In this document: piece by piece, positions 43,701 to 54,542 of the stretch | How positions within the stretch are numbered: position 1 is the stretch's first letter | Layout of the letters: each line of letters starts with the position of its first letter | From: Naegleria gruberi | Lineage: Eukaryota | Assembly: GCA_000004985.1 (NCBI GenBank) | Contig: GG738898.1 | Strand: one strand, 5' to 3' | Length of the DNA stretch: 64,000 nucleotides | Translations under genes and position numbers: made by a program | Notes under the pieces: generated by a model | What the model was told of the DNA's origin: nothing | The model's input: the letters and a program-made list of their open reading frames with translations, nothing else | Database searches by the model: none

Positions 43701-45086
43701 GCAGATGGTGATACTTTGACTTATACTGCTGGTTCAAACAATTGTTCATCCATTTCTACAGGTGTTAGCATGAACTCAGCAAGTGGATTGATCACATTCA
43801 AGAGAATTTACACTGTTGTTTCTGGTACTTGTAAAATGAGTGTTTCTGTATCTGATTCTAATACTCCTTCTGGTAAAAGTAATGCCACCATTACATTTGT
43901 GATCGTTCCAATTGATCCAGTTGCCAGAGATGACAGATTCTCAATTCCTCAAGGTCAAACAATCAGAATTTTCGCTTCACAAATCTTGGCAAATGACAAT
44001 GATGAATTGGGTACTTCTAGCACTCTCACATTATTGAACATTAGTTGTCCAGATGCTACTTATTGCCACAAGCAACCAAGATTTGTAACTGTTAATGATG
44101 AAATTGCTGTTGAAGTTGACTCTGACCAAAATACTTGCCAAGCTGATAAGTTCAGATATACAATGACTACTGCACTTGGAGCTATTAGAAGTGCTGATGT
44201 CTACATTGAGTTCAAGAATTGCTATTGTACTGCCAAACTTGACTTTGTCTTTTTATTGGACTCTTCTCAATCAATTGGTGTACCAAACTTTAACCTAATC
44301 AGAGATTTGTGTCAGAGAATTACTGGTAGAATGAAGCTTGCTGATGATGCCGTAAAAGTTTCCATCGTTCGCTTCCATTCTTCTGCTACACTGACCTTGG
44401 CCTTGTCAACTGATGGATCTTTGATCAATAAGACCTTATCTACTATGAAGTACGACGCTGGCTTTACCGCACAAGTGCCCGGACTAAGAGCTGCAGTCAA
44501 TGCATTAAGACCAGAAAATGGTGGAAGAGCTGATGCTGATAAGGTCATTTATATTTTAACAGATGGTCTTGCCAATGTACCTTGCGATTGTTCTTCTTGT
44601 GAATCTGAATGGGGAACAATTCCAAGTGTTTTCAAAGACTCTGTTCAAAACAAAATTATTAATGGAATGACTAATCCTGCAAAATCTACTGCCTTGAGAA
44701 ATATGTGTAAATATCAATATAATGACGGATCTGAATTGGTTGGAACTGATTGTAGTTCATGTAGTATGAAAGATGAATATATGTGTTTGCCATGTTCAGA
44801 TGCTATTCCTGTTGCTGCAAAGATTAATACTTGGAAACGTAATTCTAATGGAGTAGTTCCAAATGATCCTGATAATCCATATAATGGAAACAATAAGGTT
44901 CAATGGAAGGTTGTTGCTATGGCTGTCGGTGACGCCATGACCAATGTTTGGGGTTCAAGACAAATCGAAGGTATGAATTATGATTCAACTAGAGCTATTA
45001 CTGTTTCTTGGACTGATTTATCTGGTACCATGAGTGAAATTGTGGATCAATCTTGTAATCAAGTTAACGTTCAAGTTCCAGTTTAA
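37741..45086 (+). CDS. Giant type-II-like single-pass membrane adhesin of at least 2300 aa. It has a short N-terminal cytoplasmic tail, one TM helix, then about 25 tandem bacterial-Ig/cadherin-like (VCBS / tandem-95-type) repeats of about 90-100 aa, a C-terminal von Willebrand factor A domain and a Cys-rich tail. The exons are about 37741..37809, 38243..38334 (TM) and 38380..45086. The big exon carries two apparent 1-nt frameshifts, near 40605-40615 and 43225-43240.
   Basis: Exon 1 is MPATILNGSTTSSSGLNINLSLL|GTAAGT. Exon 2 encodes VGAIITALVVASTVATIILVSVGVGYSSPQP. A GTATGT...AATCTAG intron of 45 nt follows, with matching phase. The repeats have the pattern PVAxDDxYxxxxNxxLxxxVLxNDxDxxGDxLxvt...GtvxxxxxxvxYTPxxxFxGxDxFxYxxxDGxxxxxATVTIxVxN. 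The VWA domain reads KLDFVFLLDSSQSIGVPNFNLIRDLCQRITGRMKLADDAVKVSIVRFHSSATLTLALS...ADKVIYILTDGLANV. The three consecutive ORFs at 38369..40813, 40738..43245 and 43242..45086 overlap by a few nt with +1 frame changes. Confidence 0.7.
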
Positions 45087-46167
45087 ATAAATTATTATCA
45101 TTCCTCAATTTAGTTTCAGTTTTCTCTTTCTCAAATTTTACTGAACTATATTTTCAACTTTGATTTCTAAAAATATAGTTTGTTTATTTAGTCACTTTCT
45201 TAGAGAATGATGATTCAGGTGGTGATGATTTAAATGGTGATCAGAAGAAGAGAAGATAAAGATTTGGTAAAATAGAAAATTGATAACAACAATGCAAAAA
45301 TTATGCACTCGAGTGGCATTGTTAGGTGAAGTTATTAGAGTTATGTATTTCTTTTGTTGCATCAAACTTTCTTGAAAAACTATAAAACAAAATTAAAAAA
45401 GCAAAAATCAAAAAAGTACTTACAAAATTGTATTTCAAAAATTTCAAATATTTCACCTATGTGAAATTTACAATGAAGGTATTGATTGGATTTATGAATG
45501 TAAATCATTTTGTTTTTTTTGTATAATTCAAATGAAAGACTTGTTATTTCTATTTATTCAATTTCGTTTATTCATTTGTTGCCCATTATATTCATCAAAT
45601 TTCATTCCCAATAAATCAAGTGTTTTTTATTTGGAGACATTAATGTTTCAATAATAAACACACAAAATAAAGTTCAAATAATATTTAGACATTTGAGTAT
45701 TAAAGTTCAAAGTTTGAATCATCTTTATGGTGAAACAGTCTGGAAGGTGTTTTGTGTGGCAACAATTTAAGGACTTGAAAAATATTCAAAAGTGTATTCT
45801 TTATAACAAAACATAATCTAAATTAAGGTCAACATCTTTATTTGAATTGTTTTACTTGTCATGTTATCAGGTAATAAAAATGACTATATGTGAAAAATCC
45901 ACCCTAATCTGTAATTTTTTATTCTGAAACAGCAAATCAACGGAAAATATTAATGAAAAGTGGTCAACAGATCAAGTGGAGAATGCATAAAACAGATTTT
46001 GATACAAGAAAACACAATGATAATAATAAATAATTGTATTTAATTATTGAAATAATTCAAAGTGGAAAGTCAACAAGATTTCCTACCTTGAAATTTACCT
46101 TGTTCAAAAGATATCTAGACAAAATAACAGCCTACCTTTCAAAAATAATCATTAGATATTAAAAAAA

Positions 46168-47811
46168 ATGATAACCCTCCAATTCTTGCTCAATTTATGC
46201 AGTTATTTCATCACGGCAGGAATTGTAATTTTCCTATTGTGGTTTCTGTATGCCACCATCATATTGTACATTAATTATAAAAAGCTTGCACACATTCCTG
46301 GTCATTTCCAATATTTATTTGCTCCATTCCGAATTCCTCTTCTTGCTCCTCGTATTTATCTTGGCAATTTTGAAGGAATTGAAAAAGCCTTTGATGAATT
46401 TTCTGATGGAAATGGAGTTTTGAGAATGTCATTTGTGAGAGGCAATACTGTCATGATCAAAAACAAGCAAATGCTCAAGGAATTCTTTGTAACAAAACAA
46501 TCAAGTTTTGAAAAACCAGAATTCATCTATAGCATGTTTGAAATGTTTGGGCAGAATGTGTTGAGTGCACCAGATGTTTCGGATTGGAAGAGACATCATA
46601 AAGTGGCACATCCAGCATTTTCCATTGATAATTTGCAGTACATGTGTGAGGAGGCTGTGGAATGCACTGATTTGTTGGTGGATCGTTGGATCAATAGCCA
46701 TTCTGGTAAGAGTTTCGAATTGAAAGATGATGAAATTGGTGAAGCCATGTCTACCGTAACTGTTGAGGTTTTAGGTCGTGCTGGATTGAAAGTTTCATTT
46801 GGAATGTTTGATAGAGAGGATTCACATGCTGAGGAGTTCAAGAATGCAGTTAATTTGCTAGTTTCTAAGGGTCTTTTAGTACAGAGATTCTTTGGAAAGA
46901 ATCCATTTCTCTACAAGTGGTCACAGAGATTATTAGGAGTGGATAAAGCTGTTTCCATTGTGAATAGAGTTTTGAATAATAGTATTGTGGATAGAAAGAA
47001 GGAATTGGAAAGTGATTTTGGTAATTTCTCAAAGAAGGACATTCTGAGCTTGTTGGTCAAGGCAAATGCTGAGGAAAAGACCTTGACAGATATGGAGCTA
47101 AAGAGCAATTCATTGATTTTCTTACTTGCTGGAGAGGAGGTTTGTTATTTTAAATTGTGTGATTAATTTTTTCAATTAATAATTAATTCAGACAACATCC
47201 TCATCGTTGCAATGGGTTTTATACGAGTTGGCTAAACACCCTGAGTATCAGAAAAGAGCTAGAGAAGAAATCAATTCAGTACTTCCTAACAAGGCAAAGC
47301 CAAATTATGAAACTGTACAAGCATTGCCATTCACAACAGGTGTTATTTTGGAAGCTCTTCGTCTTCATCCTCCTGTCTTTTCAGTTGCCAAACAAACAGT
47401 GAAGAATGTCAAGTTGGGAGATTATGAAATTCCAAAGAATACCCTTGTCACTGTGTTCATTTATGGAGTGAATAGAAGTAAGGAATATTGGAAAGATCCT
47501 GAAGAGTATCAACCAGATAGATTTATGGATATGGAGCTAAGAAACAAATCTCAACATGATTTTACATTTCTTTCATTTTCTATGGGTCAAAGAAAGTGTA
47601 TTGTAAGTATAGAGTTGTTGGCTAATGTGGCTAATATGAAAATAAGGGATTTCAATTTGCTCAACTGGAAGCTTGTATGATTTTGGTGCGCTTGTTGCAA
47701 AACTTTGAATTCACTCTTCTGAACGACGAATCCAAAGAGAAAGTCAGGGCTATGAAAAACGTTACAATCAGACCAGCAAATCTAAAATTGTTGATCAAGC
47801 CAACAAAATAA
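46168..47811 (+). CDS. Cytochrome P450 monooxygenase, about 515 aa. It has three exons at about 46168..47139, 47192..47602 and 47647..47811.
   Basis: It has an N-terminal membrane anchor, AGIVIFLLWFLYATIILY. The I-helix FLLAGEE|TTSSSLQWVLYELAKHPEYQ is split by a 52-nt GTTTGT...AATTCAG intron. The PERF-like motif is EALRLHPP. The heme-binding loop FSMGQRKCI|GFQFAQLEACMILVRLLQNFEF is split by a 44-nt GTAAGT...AAG intron. The frames check out. Confidence 0.8.
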
Positions 47812-48094
47812 ATATTCTTGGTACTTGGTCGTCATCTTATCAAATTTCTGAAATGGAATAAATTCGATCTCTTGTGAAATTCTGAAATATAGAACTCTTA
47901 CCCTACAAATAGAGTGTTGTCAACAACTTGAGTATGTATAATTTTCGGAGGAATATTCTCCTTCTCCATCGCTTGTTGGAAAGAACGGTTCAGTTAGTTG
48001 GACGCATGTTTATTTGAATCGGTACATGCACGACTAAGAAATTAATTGGTTTAAACTGCCTAAGGCTCTGCTGCATATCCATAACCAAGAAAAA

Positions 48095-48435
48095 ATGTCT
48101 AAATCAATTGCCTCTGCATTGTTAGTTTGTTGCGCCTTAAGTGCTGTTCAAGCTTTCTCAGTCTTTGAGTATGAATGTTCTCAAAGATTCTCCCTCCTTA
48201 CAACCTCTCTGTTCAAGATAAGAATGTTTGTTGTTTCCCAGAAAAACTCACTATTTCCAATGAAATCATTCAAGGACTTACTAATTCTACTACTCACGGA
48301 CGCACTGTTAAGAAGATTCAAATTGAGGCCTACATTGACTTGACCAATTCTAGAATGTTGTTGATCACTTCGAGCCAACCACTCACAAAATATCGTCGAG
48401 CTGTAATTAGAATACAAGTGGAGGCTGCTGGTTAA
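48095..48435 (+). CDS. Candidate small secreted protein of about 90 aa, with a signal-peptide exon joined by a short intron to a second exon. The model is tentative.
   Basis: MSKSIASALLVCCALSAVQA is a textbook signal peptide. A second frame encodes ...NVCCFPEKLTISNEIIQGLTNSTTHGRTVKKIQIEAYIDLTNSRMLLITSSQPLTKYRRAVIRIQVEAAG*. A 62-nt GTCTTT...ATAAG intron would join them in phase 0. Confidence 0.25.
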
Positions 48436-49919
48436 ACCTTTTAGAAAATAAAAATGGCAACTGGAAAAAACAACAAAAACCACCAACTTCTACTTGTATT
48501 CTAATGTACAGCTCGACGACCGCTTGGCTCGTAGTGGATGGAAATTCAATGACTATTTTCCAACACAATGGCATGAATATGTTGTTACTCACATGGTTAT
48601 GAATAGTCAATGTACTTGTTTTAAGCATCAATCTTGAAAGACAATGAGTAAAGAACTCACTCCAACCTCAACCAGAGTCTTTAAAGATAACTAATATGAA
48701 TGAAAATTTTCCTTTGGAATGTGGGTTTTGTTGGGTACTCTCAAGAGAGAAGGACTTTGCTGACCATGAACGCTTTTTCAACAAGTGCCCTAGCCTCATT
48801 GGAATCCAGTTTTTATGACATGGTTGACACTGTTGATTCCAGTGTTTTCTTCCATCCAAGCAATTGTCCAGCTATTAACAAGTGTTAAAATTCTGATCTG
48901 AATCTTTCAAGGTTTTTCTTAATTGTTTTCCTTATCTATAACTATTTCAATTCACTTCTCAATAAAATTTAAATTGATATTTTAAAATATTTCAGAAACT
49001 TTCAATTATGACTTTCCAAATACCTCTTTGCTGATTCACTTCCAAATTTGAAAAATCCAAAAGTTCCGTTGGAAGATAATTTAACCATCAGCAATCCATC
49101 TTCCAAACTCATCATAAGCGAACAATTAAATAACAATCGGAAGCTGTGATTTTGCCCTAACTTTTGAAACAATTTAAATTTATAAAATATATTGAAAATG
49201 GCCCTCATGTTTTATATAATACTTCTTTTTCGAAGTAAGAAATCATCAAAGCAAAGTAACGACGATGAATGATGAATTTCATCTTTGCATTTTTTATTAT
49301 AATTTCAAAATTAAAAAAATTACATTAAAAAATATTATCAATATGATGAGAGTTTGCTTTTTCCTTGATTATTTCATGATATTAAATAATGATATTTAAA
49401 TAATTTTAATTACATTGTATCATCGGCATAAGAGGATCGTTTATTGGACACTCCACTCAGGGAAATTGTCTCACTTCGACTCGTTGAAACTGAAGATGCT
49501 AAATGGAAATGAAGACTGATAATAGAAGGGATTCTCCTGTAGGCTCCAAAATATTTAGAAGAGTTGTTTTATAAAAGCCTCAAATCATCATCAATAATTT
49601 ATTGGATATGAATCTCTCAAGGAGTTAATAGCTTAAGGAATGCCACTTTACAGAAAAAGAGGCTAATAACAAAAATCTTGTGATGAAAAAGATGTTGAAA
49701 TCAGCGTCAAAGATTACTATTAGATAGTTGGTGTCTCCTTTCGCTGTTTAAGGAAAATCAATATTTGGTGTGTGGCCTGTCTAGTGTTGGGTTGTGTCAA
49801 ATGTTAAACCAAAAGGCAATTCATATGTTGACACAAAGAAATCCACTAAGCCAACAGGCACTTCAGTGGTGGTTGCGCAACATTCTATTCGTCAACATTC
49901 TAACAACAAAAAAAACAAG

Positions 49920-51746
49920 ATGAAACCAAATAATACCCTATGCAATGATGTACTGTTTGAGATGGGTTCGTTGAGTATGGAGGCAGATCCACAAGTGACA
50001 AATGGCATCTGTCCAGATACGATATTTGTACCTCTTAGTTCTGGACTCGTGATGCTCGTGCACATGTCTCTACTGTTAATTAGTTCTGTTTTATTATTTT
50101 ACAAGAGGAAACACGGATATATTACTAGTAGAGGAATTTGGTATTTGATTTTAACAATGATAACAAGTTTTTTCTATGTACAAACAGGAGAGTTGAAATT
50201 CGTGGTTGGGCGTAAAATATACCCTTGTGCTTTGGGTTCTATCCACATGTTCATGTTGGCATTTGCTGGATTATTGCCAACAATTTTCAAATGTGTGAGA
50301 ATATTCTTTCTCTACAGACTGAATGTTGAAACTAAACAAGTGTTGGAAGGAAAACAAACTCTCGTTCAACCAAAAATTGAAGATGGAACAACGTTGGTTG
50401 AAATGGCAAGTATTTCATCACCAACACTTGCCAGTAATCCATCAATAGTCAGTCTGTCAGAAGAATTAATGAAGAATAACAATATTTCGACATCAAGTAC
50501 AGCTACCACATCAACAGCTGCCAACACTAATAACGTTTCACAACTATCATCACCACAACAAGAGCAGCAACCAATTCCTACTGAAAAACCTCCTCAAGAG
50601 AGTAATTTACTCTTCTTTGGTGATATTCTTCTCGATTACCAGGATTTTTTGGATGACAACAGTTCGAATGCAAGAAGCTCTGCAGCTGATACTGAAAGCA
50701 CCTATGCTCCTTCAGTAATTACATCTGGAGATGAATATACTGAGATTTCCTACAAACCACAGAAGAAAATTCAAATTTACAAATTCATTCTCTCTTACAA
50801 ATTCATTATTGGAACTTATATTATATTGTGTCTTGTTCATTTGGCATTGTGGTTAATCCTGTCAGGTATTGATCAAACTATTAAGGATGGATCCAATGAA
50901 AACTCAAAACGACTACTCGTACTAAATGTTGGACCATTTGATTTCACACGTGGGTGTATTATTGCTAATAATGTAGTTTTTATCATGGGAGCTCAAGTTG
51001 CAGTTTATATGATTGTTGAGCTAATCTTTTTAATATTGTGCTTTTTCACAGATAGAGACACATGGTTCATGAAAGGAGAGACTGTTATCATATTTTGCTT
51101 TCAAGTTGTTTTGGGAATTATTTATTTGATAGTGAGCAATTTGAATATTATCAAGTATCTGACAGATTACTTTGTCACTTATGCAAACGTTACCATTATT
51201 TATTCAGTTATTGAATTATTTGTTTGTGTGACTTTGCCATGTATTTATGCCATTGTGGAAGATTACAAGAAATCCAAAAAAGAGAAAATGCAAACCAAGC
51301 AAGAGCTATCCATCGTTGAAATCTTTCTCAGAAATAAGAAGACATATGATATTTTACTAGACTATGCAAGAAGATCCTACTGTCAAGAGAGCGTTCAATG
51401 TTGGAAAGATATTCAAAAATTCAAGAAGAGCTCTAAAAAGAATAGACCAAGAGTTGGTAAATTCATCTTTAATACCTATCTTCTCGAAAATGCTCCAGTT
51501 GAATTGAACTTGCCAGCAGATTTGAGAGCTAATTCAATTGTTACAATTGAAACTGCACTGTTTGAAACCAATCAAGGAACCACAACAAAATCCAAAAAGA
51601 TCAGCAAGAGGTTGTTTGAAGAGGTTGAATTGCATTGCGTTATGGATATTACTGATGTATTCGAAAGATTGAAATCATCCAACAAGAAGGTGAGAGAAAC
51701 GGTTGACAAGTGGAAGCAAATCTCTAAAGGTATCCAGAAAAAGTAA
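49920..51746 (+). CDS. 7-transmembrane receptor fused to a C-terminal RGS (regulator of G-protein signalling) domain, a 7TM-RGS hybrid.
   Basis: There are seven predicted hydrophobic helices. They include LVMLVHMSLLLISSVLLFY, GIWYLILTMITSFFYV, ALGSIHMFMLAFAGLLPTIF, FIIGTYIILCLVHLALWLILSG, VVFIMGAQVAVYMIVELIFLILCFF, VIIFCFQVVLGIIYLIVSNL and VTIIYSVIELFVCVTLPCIYAIV. A long S/T/N-rich loop sits between the third and fourth helices listed. The RGS-box-like C-terminus reads SIVEIFLRNKKTYDILLDYARRSYCQESVQCWKDIQKFKKS...VGKFIFNTYLLENAPVELNLPADLR. The ORF opens at GTG 49794 and the first ATG is at 49920. Confidence 0.7.
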   Translation: MKPNNTLCNDVLFEMGSLSMEADPQVTNGICPDTIFVPLSSGLVMLVHMSLLLISSVLLFYKRKHGYITSRGIWYLILTMITSFFYVQTGELKFVVGRKIYPCALGSIHMFMLAFAGLLPTIFKCVRIFFLYRLNVETKQVLEGKQTLVQPKIEDGTTLVEMASISSPTLASNPSIVSLSEELMKNNNISTSSTATTSTAANTNNVSQLSSPQQEQQPIPTEKPPQESNLLFFGDILLDYQDFLDDNSSNARSSAADTESTYAPSVITSGDEYTEISYKPQKKIQIYKFILSYKFIIGTYIILCLVHLALWLILSGIDQTIKDGSNENSKRLLVLNVGPFDFTRGCIIANNVVFIMGAQVAVYMIVELIFLILCFFTDRDTWFMKGETVIIFCFQVVLGIIYLIVSNLNIIKYLTDYFVTYANVTIIYSVIELFVCVTLPCIYAIVEDYKKSKKEKMQTKQELSIVEIFLRNKKTYDILLDYARRSYCQESVQCWKDIQKFKKSSKKNRPRVGKFIFNTYLLENAPVELNLPADLRANSIVTIETALFETNQGTTTKSKKISKRLFEEVELHCVMDITDVFERLKSSNKKVRETVDKWKQISKGIQKK

Positions 51747-52303
51747 CCAACAATGCTAGCATTAACACTCATCTCGAACCTAAATCTATTGAATGTTGTG
51801 ACATTTAGCATCAAACAATTCAAATTGGATGAAATAGTTTCCAAATACATCAAAATTGCATCTACAAAAAGAGGTCTGTTGACCATACAACAGTCAAGTG
51901 GCTAATCCTTAAATCAAACCTCATCAATGAATAGAATGTGTTCATATGACATTTTGTTTTCAATCAAAACGAAGCAAAGCACGACGAAAGCACGATTCTA
52001 ACACTTTCTACCAGCCAATGAATTTTTCCTTAATAAAACAATGCTTCAGCGTATCCTTTCAGTTTTCTTCAGTTATTCCAATTTATTATTTGAAACTATG
52101 ATTTTTGATTTAATGAGCTTAGTATGGCTTAAATCGGCCCGTGTGTTGCTAAAGTATCCGAATGTGTCAAAAGTCAATGTCCAAAAAGTTCGAAGAAAAC
52201 AATAAAAAAAACTTGAGCAACGATCAGTGGTGACAGCCTTCAACTTCATCAAACCACTTCTTCATCAAGTAATTTTATTGGATATCTTGCAATCCACCTT
52301 TCC

Positions 52304-54502
52304 ATGTTACTACCATCAATAAACAATGAAGTAGGGAAAAAATCGGAACAAGACAATGAAACTAAACATCAAACAACAACAACATCAGGAACAACAACGA
52401 ATCAAATTTTAACCAGCAGCTACAATATTATGAACCAGAGTGAATCTTCTTCCGTTTTATGTTTCCGACCAAGTAATCACGATACGATGATGAGAAATAT
52501 TTCAAATGATAATGATGAAAAATTATCAAACTCTCAACATCATCCTACAACGATAATCGATAATTGCGCATCGATACTACCACAGCAGAAGAAGAAGAAT
52601 AATGTTCCAACAACAACAACAATATCTGATAATCAAGCCAATTCTCCCGCCAATAATACAATCTTCATTACTACCACCACATCTACCTCAACTACCACTA
52701 CTACTAACAATAATGAATCAGTCGACAACAACAACAAACATTGTCCAGATGATAAACAACTTCATCATCAACAAGATAATGGATGTACAAGCAACCATCT
52801 TCATGAACAAGACATGTCGATGAAGACTTTACAGGCGGTTTTTACTAAAAAAGACAAGACACGCACAACCTCCACCAAACATGTTGTTCTTATTGCAAGC
52901 AAAGACCAGGAAGAAGAGCAACATTCTGAAGAAGAACCTCATGAAGATGCATCATCCCATCATACAATAATTCATCACTCTAATAACAAGAAGCAGCAAC
53001 AACAACAACTTCATACAATAACATTCGCACAACATGATGATGATCAACAACATAATCATGCTCATACAAAAACAAGCCTTTCAAAAGGAATAACAACACC
53101 TTTAACGAGTACCAATAATACAACAACATCAATGATGATGGCTGGGAATTATCATCAACATGTTGATGCGAAGGATCAATCCATAATAATTTCTGATGAT
53201 GATAATGATGTTGTTGAACAAGAGGGAGATGTAGAAACATTTGATGATGAATCGTCATTGGGTGCCTCTTTCAGACACAAAATTGAGAATAGTAATGGAA
53301 CTCATTCTACATCCTTCTCATTCCATGATGAATTGAGTTTAATTGAGGTGAGTTCTCCAACAGATATGACCACTCAATCTACACCAAGTTTTGATTCGTC
53401 CACATCGAATCAATCTGCTTTGAGTAGTAGTTTACTAGCAACCAGTTGTGTCATTACAAAACTTGATGATGATACGATTGGTGTGATACTTTCGTATTGT
53501 TCCATACCTGAATTTGAGAATTTAACATGCACCTGTAGATCGTTCTATAACAAATTTCACTTGAGTTATATCTATAGACAAGTTTTCAAAAAGTTGAATT
53601 CCAAGAATTCGAATAAGAAATCGAGTAGACATTACAAATCTAATCATTTACAGATAACACCCTATCTGAGAGAGGTATTGAGGAATAGATATCATCCTAC
53701 CATATTTGTGCCCATTCGTTGCATGCAATTCAATGCCTATACACGTTTTAAGGATGCAATCATAGACTTTTGGGTGAAAGAATTTGGTTTTAAAAGATTA
53801 AATGATGCAGAGGTTGAGATTGATATTGATTTTTCAAAGAGCAATCCATGGATTGATCATTTGGAAAAGATTGTTATCAGAAATAGACAAGATCAACAGT
53901 CAGAGAGTACCATTCCAAGAACTATTAGTCAATTAGAAATTTTGAAAAAGGATCAAGCATTCCTAAAGCCAATACTAAACGAGAGAAAGAATAGTAGTAG
54001 GACTCTATCACCATTTGGGTCTTCAAAACAACAAAATTCTGATATGCCAACAACGAGCAATGTCTTGTCAGACTTGCTCAAAACCATTATAGAGCTGAGA
54101 CAATCTGGAAGTGTGCTGAGACAGCAGACAGTCTCTAACAAGTTTACTGATCCAAATGAATTGGACATTTCCGATTCGCAAAGAGTTGCTCTCAATGGTG
54201 CTAAATCTCTAATTGTTGCTAATCATTGGAGAGTATTCGACAAGTTTACACTTCACATTGATTTTCAATTTCCATCTCACGAAAGACACTTTAGTTTTGT
54301 AGAAATGCCAGAGATTACAATGTACTATCACAATTTCAGATCTGCTGATGGTAATCCTAGAAAGGATCTCATTGAAGTCTCATCTGGATCCATCTTTAAA
54401 GATGGTGTTGATGGCAAGGTATTCGAGTTTGATTCTCTTGGAGAGACAGGCATGGGTGGTACATCTCCTATGAATAGTAAATCATCTTCATCCTTTCAAT
54501 AA
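52304..54502 (+). CDS. Large N/Q/T/H-rich low-complexity protein with a C-terminal F-box-like segment.
   Basis: It is a 732-aa ORF with extreme T/N/Q/H runs. The F-box-like block is LDDDTIGVILSYCSIPEFENLTCTCRSFYNKFHLSYIYRQVFKKL. Confidence 0.5.
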   Translation: MLLPSINNEVGKKSEQDNETKHQTTTTSGTTTNQILTSSYNIMNQSESSSVLCFRPSNHDTMMRNISNDNDEKLSNSQHHPTTIIDNCASILPQQKKKNNVPTTTTISDNQANSPANNTIFITTTTSTSTTTTTNNNESVDNNNKHCPDDKQLHHQQDNGCTSNHLHEQDMSMKTLQAVFTKKDKTRTTSTKHVVLIASKDQEEEQHSEEEPHEDASSHHTIIHHSNNKKQQQQQLHTITFAQHDDDQQHNHAHTKTSLSKGITTPLTSTNNTTTSMMMAGNYHQHVDAKDQSIIISDDDNDVVEQEGDVETFDDESSLGASFRHKIENSNGTHSTSFSFHDELSLIEVSSPTDMTTQSTPSFDSSTSNQSALSSSLLATSCVITKLDDDTIGVILSYCSIPEFENLTCTCRSFYNKFHLSYIYRQVFKKLNSKNSNKKSSRHYKSNHLQITPYLREVLRNRYHPTIFVPIRCMQFNAYTRFKDAIIDFWVKEFGFKRLNDAEVEIDIDFSKSNPWIDHLEKIVIRNRQDQQSESTIPRTISQLEILKKDQAFLKPILNERKNSSRTLSPFGSSKQQNSDMPTTSNVLSDLLKTIIELRQSGSVLRQQTVSNKFTDPNELDISDSQRVALNGAKSLIVANHWRVFDKFTLHIDFQFPSHERHFSFVEMPEITMYYHNFRSADGNPRKDLIEVSSGSIFKDGVDGKVFEFDSLGETGMGGTSPMNSKSSSSFQ

Positions 54503-54542
54503 GGCAGCTTCCTATCAGCCTGTTCCTTCCCCTTCTAACAGT

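Noticed and set aside
48700-48888. 62-aa ORF (MKIFLWNVGF...PSNCPAINKC) downstream of the small secreted-protein candidate
   Set aside because: It has no domain, no signal and no splice support. It is possibly UTR. I left it unannotated.
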